From Octopus vulgaris (Eukaryota), in assembly GCA_951406725.2 (NCBI GenBank), contig OX597840.1:16306001-16370000 (forward strand): a DNA stretch of 64,000 nt. The letters run 5' to 3'. The notes beneath the pieces were generated by a model. It worked only from the letters and a program-made list of their open reading frames with translations, did no database searches and was not told the DNA's origin. Within the stretch, counting starts at the first letter, position 1. Every line of letters starts with the position of its first letter. This document shows, piece after piece, positions 57,470 to 64,000 of this stretch. Both the position numbers and the translations under genes were made by a program.

Positions 57470-58201
57470 TTAGGGGGTATAACTCCAAACTTACAGGGAA
57501 AAATTCAATTTAGTATTAAATCAAATTTCACAATATAAATATATAAAATATAAATTAGAGATAAAACCACTATTATGCAACTCAAACAGTGATAGACATA
57601 AACCAATAAATAAATAACAAGTAATATATATAATAATAATTGTTTTTTCAAAAAGTATAAAATGAATGATAAATATAATATAATAAGTAAAAACACTGTA
57701 CGTTTCATGGCTACAATTAAATTTGAATTACAATTAAGTTTAAATTCAATTGAAATAAATTCGAATTAAAATTATAGTCAATCTTCAGGTTAATGATAAT
57801 AGTTAAATAAATAAGCAAATAGAGTTAAATAATATTTATTTAAGAAATAAATAAAATAATAATTTTTCTTATAGAAAAAAAATCCATTATCTAAATTAGA
57901 AACTTAAAACAGGATTATTTCCTACAACACATTTAGTATGTTAAATATTTATTTTTAAGGTAAAAAAATAGATAGAAATATGTATTTATCTATGAAGATA
58001 TAATTTGGCTTTAAAAAAAACCTAATAAACTCTTGGATATCTTTAACTCAGTTATAGTCCAATATTTAATTACCAAATTATTTAACAAAATAATCACTAT
58101 TCATATTTTTAGATTTAAATTCACATCTAATAATTATAAAATATTTAAAAATAAGTATCTAAATTTAGATACTTATTTTTAAATATTTTATAATTATTAG
58201 A
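57470..58201 (-). mobile_element. AT-rich PLE-type tail with hammerhead-like core (57690-57792) and terminal perfect palindrome
   Basis: Minus strand CTGAAGA-T-TGACTATAATT...AATTGTAGCCA-T-GAAA-CGTA; helix I is imperfect. Confidence 0.55.
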
Positions 58202-59957
58202 GTGGACACAGGTTTTTATTCTGAACGATTCCATTAAAGGACCTCTTACCTCACCTGATTCTGGATCGTATCGTGTACTGTCACACTCACCCAAAAATTT
58301 CAAAGTCAACGTTAATGGTGGAAAAGAAACAGTTATCCATGGACAGAATAAAAAAGGCTTTCTCAGAGAATCTCATTCCAGAACCTAACATATCAAGCAC
58401 ATTCACTCCTAAAACAACACCTCCACAAGTACCGCAAAAACATCATACCTCTGAACCTTATATCACAAGAATGGCTGAACAGTACATTGGCCACAAAAGT
58501 TATCCGGAACTATTTATATTTAACATTGTGTTACAAAACAAACTGTTTGCTATTTCTTTATACAAAAGAACATTTGTTCAAAAACATTTTTCCCATTGTA
58601 TTTTTCATATTGCCATGTTTTGCATTTAGTTTGATGTGCATAGCTGTGTAGCTAAAGGTTTGCTGCACCAAACTCTGCAATTATATTCAGTACCCATCAC
58701 GATGCATGTATTGGTTTTCTATTTTACTACTTGTTTTGCAAGCAAATGTTTCTGCTACTGCGTTTTGCTTCGTATCTGCCCTAGATCATTACAATGATTT
58801 TGCTTCTCGTCTGAGGAGGGAGTTATGTAGTAAACCCTGGAGATCAAGCTGGAAAGCAAAACAAAAAAGGGATTTAACGAGAGTAATCTCCCTCGACCTT
58901 ACCGAACATTCTATTAACTTCCGGATGACATGAAAGTCAGGGACTTCCAGTTCATCCCTTATATAAAGGAACACATTTCTAGTTTCGCGCCTCTCTTGCC
59001 TGTTGGTTACTAGACATGCATTGAGTCACGTCACATGCATACACATCCGCACGCAAGGATGTTCGCCTTATTAGCTTTGAGACATGTGGTTGCAAAATAT
59101 GTTCATGTGATGTTACAAGCTTTTCCTTGGATCTTTTTAGCATAATTTCCAGGTAACTAAAAAATTTTAAACTTCGTATACTGGTAGAATGTGTTTATAA
59201 AACATCATTTTCTCTTGGCTTTCTTGAGAAAATTCTGTAGTTTGTAACATATTTCGTCTTTAATTTCTTGCATTTCGGCAAATTTAACCAATCAATGACC
59301 GTCTATTGAGGTGAAAGCATTCTGTGCCGTATGAATATGTCCCTCGTTTAAGAAACACATTTGTGAAAAAAAAAGATACCCTTCCCCCACCCCTAACCCT
59401 AACTAACCCTAAATCTAAAATAGATTGAAATGCAATAGATCGATACTAGGTCATAATTATGGGTGTCATATGAAATTGTCACCCATAATTATGACCCTAG
59501 TATCGATCTATTGCATTTCAATCTTTTAGTTTTAGGGTTAGGGGTTGGGGAAGGGTATTTTTTTTTTCACAAATGTAAATAAACCCAATGTGTTTCTTAA
59601 ACGAGGGACATATTCATACGGCACAGAATGCTTTCACCTCAATAGACGGTCATTGATTGGTTAAATTTGCCGAAATGCAAGAAATTAAAGACGAAATATG
59701 TTACAAACTACAGAATTTTCTCAAGAAAGCCAAGAGAAAATGATGTTTTATAAACACATTCTACCAGTATACGAAGTTTAAAATTTTTTAGTTACCTAGA
59801 AATTATTAAAAACTGCCGTTCAAACCAAAAAGATCCTTTTCCTTCAATTAACCTTATATGTTAACGCATTACATCCAGTAATGAAAAGGTTATGAGTTAG
59901 TACGAACATCTTACAAATTCTTATTTTCGTGTTGTTTACGTACAAGATGGTGACCCC
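58202..59957 (+). mobile_element. Gypsy LTR-retrotransposon remnant: integrase C-terminus, PPT, LTR (58826-59944), PBS-like sequence
   Basis: VFILND..KGPLTSP..GSYRVL..FKVNVNG..SMDRIKKAF and TR..TVHWP; PPT GAGGAGGGAG before TGTAG; TATATAAA; ends TACA then TGGTGACCCC. Confidence 0.75.
59129..59836. mobile_element. Fold-back MITE with GGATC..GATCC ends and 8-bp TSD TTTTCCTT (Merlin-like)
   Basis: ~345-bp arms, ~8-nt spacer; TSD at 59121-59128 and 59837-59844. Confidence 0.88.
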
Positions 59958-59997
59958 TCTTTCTCGCATGCAATTATAAAAAGTATAGGATGTCACT

Positions 59998-60455
59998 TAC
60001 TGACAATCACTATAACCCTATGTCTGGCAACAGCACTCTGCCCCCTTCCACACAAACAGGAGAACCCAGTCATGACTGTCAGACAATTTCTGTGACCACA
60101 TCACCCCTAACATCTGGCCACCTAACCCCCAACACTACAACCCCCTTGATTATTATGTGTGGGGCGCAGTTGAGCGAGAGACCAACAAAACTCCTTGTGA
60201 CACCAAAGATGAACTGAAGGCAAGGATTATGGCAGCATTCACCAACTTAAACAAGGAGACTGTCCAGAAGAGTTGCAGGAGATTCCGAAGCTGTTTGGAG
60301 GCCATAATTGAAGCCAATGGCGATTTTATTGAATAAATTTATTCTTTAGTATTTCAAGATATTTTTATGTAATTTTGGTAAATATATCTGTTAAAATGAG
60401 ATGTCTGTGTTATTTTCAATTTTGCGTAATTTAGACGACAATATATTCACCGCTC
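59998..60455 (+). mobile_element. Tc1/maT-like transposon 3' fragment
   Basis: Homologous to 42869-43300 in the opposite orientation. Confidence 0.78.
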
Positions 60456-61174
60456 TGTGTGTGTGTGTATATATATAAACTATCTGTATACATACAGACA
60501 GGTATGTGTATGTGTATACATATGTGAGTGCGTGTGTGTGTGTGTATGACAACAACACTAACACTAAATATTTCAAACTTATAGTAAACAGGTTAGCCAC
60601 AGGTATTACTTTGGGGGAAAATAATAAATTGCATTGCTTCTGGCCATCAACCAAAACTTTAATTAATATGTCTAATTTTATTTAATTTTCATTTCTTGCA
60701 AACTATCAAAATCTCAGAACCATATTCTCTATCTGCATGTATTTTGAACATAAAATCATCAGACATACTTATCGAAATTTTCCTGCAGCGCACAGTTGGC
60801 TTGCTCTATCACGTGACTTTTATACTACTATGGAATTTTTTCTCTTCTTCAATTTCTGAGCAGTGTTGAGTGTCTATGACAAATGGAAAAATTACAAGTA
60901 TCGGGTCATCCCATAAATAATGCAGTTATGTATGTATGTATGTATGTATGTATGTATGTATGTAGGTAGGTAGGTAGGTAGGTAGGTACGTACGTACGTA
61001 CGTATGTCATTATTCAGTTTTATTTCAAGATTTCTTGCCAATAGAGAAAGAGTTGGTTTCTAACCTAGACCCAAGGCTCCCTCATTGGAATTTCAAAAAT
61101 ATCAACAGAGTATGTATGCATGCATGCAAGTATTCTCATGCATATAGTTGCATATCTAGACATGCTCATATATA

Positions 61175-62390
61175 TTGGGTTGGCAACTAAGTTCCCGCCG
61201 TTTTTTAAATTAAAATTTTTTTTAAAGGTTTAATAAAAAATAACTAATTAATCAATAATGTAATTCACCCTTGTTTACAACTTCTTCCCAACGTTCAACA
61301 AGATTTTCAGTACCTCGTTGGTAGAAATCACCCGATTTGGACTCGTAAAATTGATCCAACCAAGCTCTCAATTCTGCATCAGTATTGAATGAAACTCCGC
61401 ACATTTGAAAGAGGTGGAAATCCGTTGGTGTCAAATCAGGAGAGTACGGCGGGTGTGGCAGCACTTCCCAGCCATGTGTTTGAATGGCTTCCTTGGTCAT
61501 ATTGGTGATATGAGGGCGGGCGTTGTCGTGCAGTAGGTCGTGCATGCTGCCAATGAGGTCTTTTCTCTTGAATAGCTGTGTTGAGTCGTTCCATCTGTTG
61601 AACATAGAGTTCCGCGTTGACCGTTTGGTTCCGTTCAAGCAATTCGTAATGGATAATCCCTTCCCAGTGTTACCATACGTACAACATCGTTTTACGCGGA
61701 AGAAGATCTTGCTTCACGCGTCGCTTGTTTTCATATTGATGTACAGGCACCATTTTTCGTCGCCATTAACAATTCGGTAAAGAGATCGTTGCTTGTGTTC
61801 ATGAGTTGAGCGGTGACGAGCAAGTAAACCAGCAGAGATTGTGGCTCGTTGATTTTTGTTGTTGTCACTTAAAGCATGCGGAACTCATGCTCCATACTTC
61901 TGAACCTTTCCCATTGAGTGAAGATGCTTCTCTATAGCAGTGTGGGAGCATTCCATTTTCTCTGCCAGTTTCCGTCGTTTGACGAGAATTTTCGTGCAAA
62001 GTTGGTTTAATTGTTCTTCATCGAACTCAACAGGACGGCCAGAACAAGGTGCGTCTTTGAAGTCAAAATTTCCATTTTTGAACTTGGTATACCAATCACG
62101 AGTGGTTCTTTCAGCTATGACACCCTCTCCATACACAGTATAAATGTCGCGAGCAGCTTTTGCGGCCTTAGAACCTTGATTAAAATAAAAAAGGAGGCGT
62201 CGAAAATGCTCGTTTTTCTTAACTTGACATTCTATTTTAATATGAAAATAACTAAAATTAACTAGAAAAAAAAAAGATTCCAAAATGATTCAAAAATAGA
62301 ATTCTCGAAAAAATAGATTCCAAAATTTAAAAACGCAATAAATTCTAAAATAAAAAAAAAAAAACCGCGGGAACTTAGTTGCCAACCCAA
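61175..62390 (-). mobile_element. Near full-length degenerate mariner with TA TSD
   Basis: TTGGGTTGGCAACTAAGTTCCCGC TIRs; KNEHFR, WYTKFKNG, LHDNARPH, HPPYSPDL. Confidence 0.93.
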
Positions 62391-62732
62391 TACTTAAATA
62401 AAAAACTTCTGGGAAGTTTTACAGATTTTTACAGTTCCAGTAATGGATTGGGTCTGTAGCCTTCGAATCAGCTTCTTTCTGATTTTGAGAAGCCTAATTG
62501 CTCAAGATTGATAACCTAGGCAGTGTGTTGCACACCCCAGTGCTCCAGTAATTACAGGTATAAACCTGAGCTTGTAATTTGGATAGAGTAACTAAATTTC
62601 TCAATAGTTCAGTGTACTTATTTTCTTTTTCACTGATCATTAGCTTTATGTTAACACCTGCCAGGCAGCTGATTTCCACAATTGTACACAGTTTCTCTTA
62701 AATCATTATGTTAGGTCTATTGTATTTACATT

Positions 62733-63241
62733 GGTGCATGCAGTCTACCGCAGTATCCTGAGTTAATTTTAACCATTACAATACTGTTAAAGGATTTCTA
62801 TAGACGTATTATTTTTACAGAGGAAACAGCAATTGCACATAGAAGTATAGACAATCAAGCCTTATTTCAGACCAAAGGCCCAAGGACAGCGAAATATAGG
62901 CTGGTATTCTCCACTTGTCACGTTTTCGTTTTTCTGGCATGATGCAAAAGTCTGTTTCATGTGATGTATCCAGAAGATTGTCTTATAAAAATGCAACTGC
63001 TGTTTCCTCTGTAAAAATTATACGTCTATAGAAATTCTTTAACAGCATTTTAATGGTTAAAATTAACTCTGGTTAAGAGGGTAAGAAAAGGTAGACCGCA
63101 CGCTAAAAGTAATTTCACAGTGTAGACGAGATACTGCGGTCCACCGCACGCTAAAAGTAATTTCACAGTGTAGACGAGATACTGCGGTCCACCGCACGCT
63201 AAAGTCGAATACTGCAGTAGACCGCATGCTAAAGTAGCACC
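62733..63241. mobile_element. Merlin-like MITE with GGTGC..GCACC ends and 8-bp TSD TTTACATT
   Basis: TSD at 62725-62732 and 63242-63249; inner inverted repeats 62760-62837/62992-63069; 48-bp subterminal tandem 63095-63205. Confidence 0.82.
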
Positions 63242-64000
63242 TTTACATTTTATTGAGGTTTTCACTGGAATATACCACCAGAACTCCTTTTTGTTATGAG
63301 TGGCTATGGCTCCACCATTCTGTGAGTTCTTATTTCTTTGTCCTTGGAGTTATATTTCCGACAGATCTCGTTATACAGTGGCCAAGCAACAACATCATGT
63401 CCCATCGCTAGATGATACCGTGATAACATTTTCAGACAACTGCTTATGATGTGGGTGATATCTTCGGTGTTAACTCCACAAAGTATGCATCAATTGTCCC
63501 ATTTTGCTGTTTTTCCTGTATCTCTGTCTCTTTTGTGCATCAGATATTTGGTTGATATTTTCTGTTCCTGGATTGCAAACGCATATCCTTCAAAGTGGGA
63601 GGTAGGAATCTGGTTGTTGGTCCATGATAGACTGCTTTGATGAACATTGTTACTATCATCTCAGAGTTTTCTACTAACATGTCCATGCATGGTCTTCTGC
63701 TGATATACGCTCATCTTTTCATCTGCGACTTCTCTGGGTATGTATTTAAGGTAATCAGGCAAGGAATGCTGCCCAAGGAGCTGCTTTGCAAATCTTATGA
63801 AGTTATCAGCCTCATGTATGCAAACTTGGTCGAAAGATGGACTTCGACACTTGGTGGTTAACAGATGTTGCCGAAGGGGGGATATGATACAGCATTCAAA
63901 AGCAGTCAAGACGATATTAAGCCTCTACCGCCTTGTTTTCTTTTCAGTTAGAGGCGGTCACTGTTGATGTGGAAATTATGTGTACTGGTTAGTATCTTTC

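Larger units (their letters stand above)
60926..64000 (-). mobile_element. R4/Dong-like RLE non-LTR retrotransposon 3' part, degenerate
   Basis: LKRKQGGRG, AIQEQKISTK, CILCG..EDITHIISSC zinc knuckle, HDVV, NRPNI..IVEISC..EKENKY RLE motif; 3' end runs into (CATA)n. Confidence 0.82.

Noticed and set aside
63095-63205. 48-bp repeats as a CRISPR or regulatory array
   Set aside because: Identical tandem units within a MITE arm

Overview
Eukaryotic, AT-rich, extremely repeat-dense genomic DNA whose SINE, RTE and microsatellite repertoire looks like an octopus genome (inference). One host gene is visible: the 3' ten coding exons of a cap2 mRNA 2'-O-methyltransferase (CMTR2/FTSJD1) on the + strand, 432-52287. 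All ten have GT-AG boundaries and a continuous reading frame. Introns and flank are filled with RTE, CR1/L2-group and R4-like non-LTR elements, two different Penelope-like elements (PLEs), mariner/Tc1 remnants, two GG..CC elements with 8-bp TSDs (Merlin-like), a Gypsy remnant, tRNA-derived SINEs and multi-kb (TA)n tracts. The most notable unannotated signal is a set of type-I hammerhead ribozyme motifs in PLE-type tails inserted in TA runs. They have palindromic helix III, some have extended helix II, and one pair shows compensatory base changes. Several sit in fold-back (palindromic) arrangements inside the CMTR2 introns. All calls were made by eye; no alignment or folding program was run.
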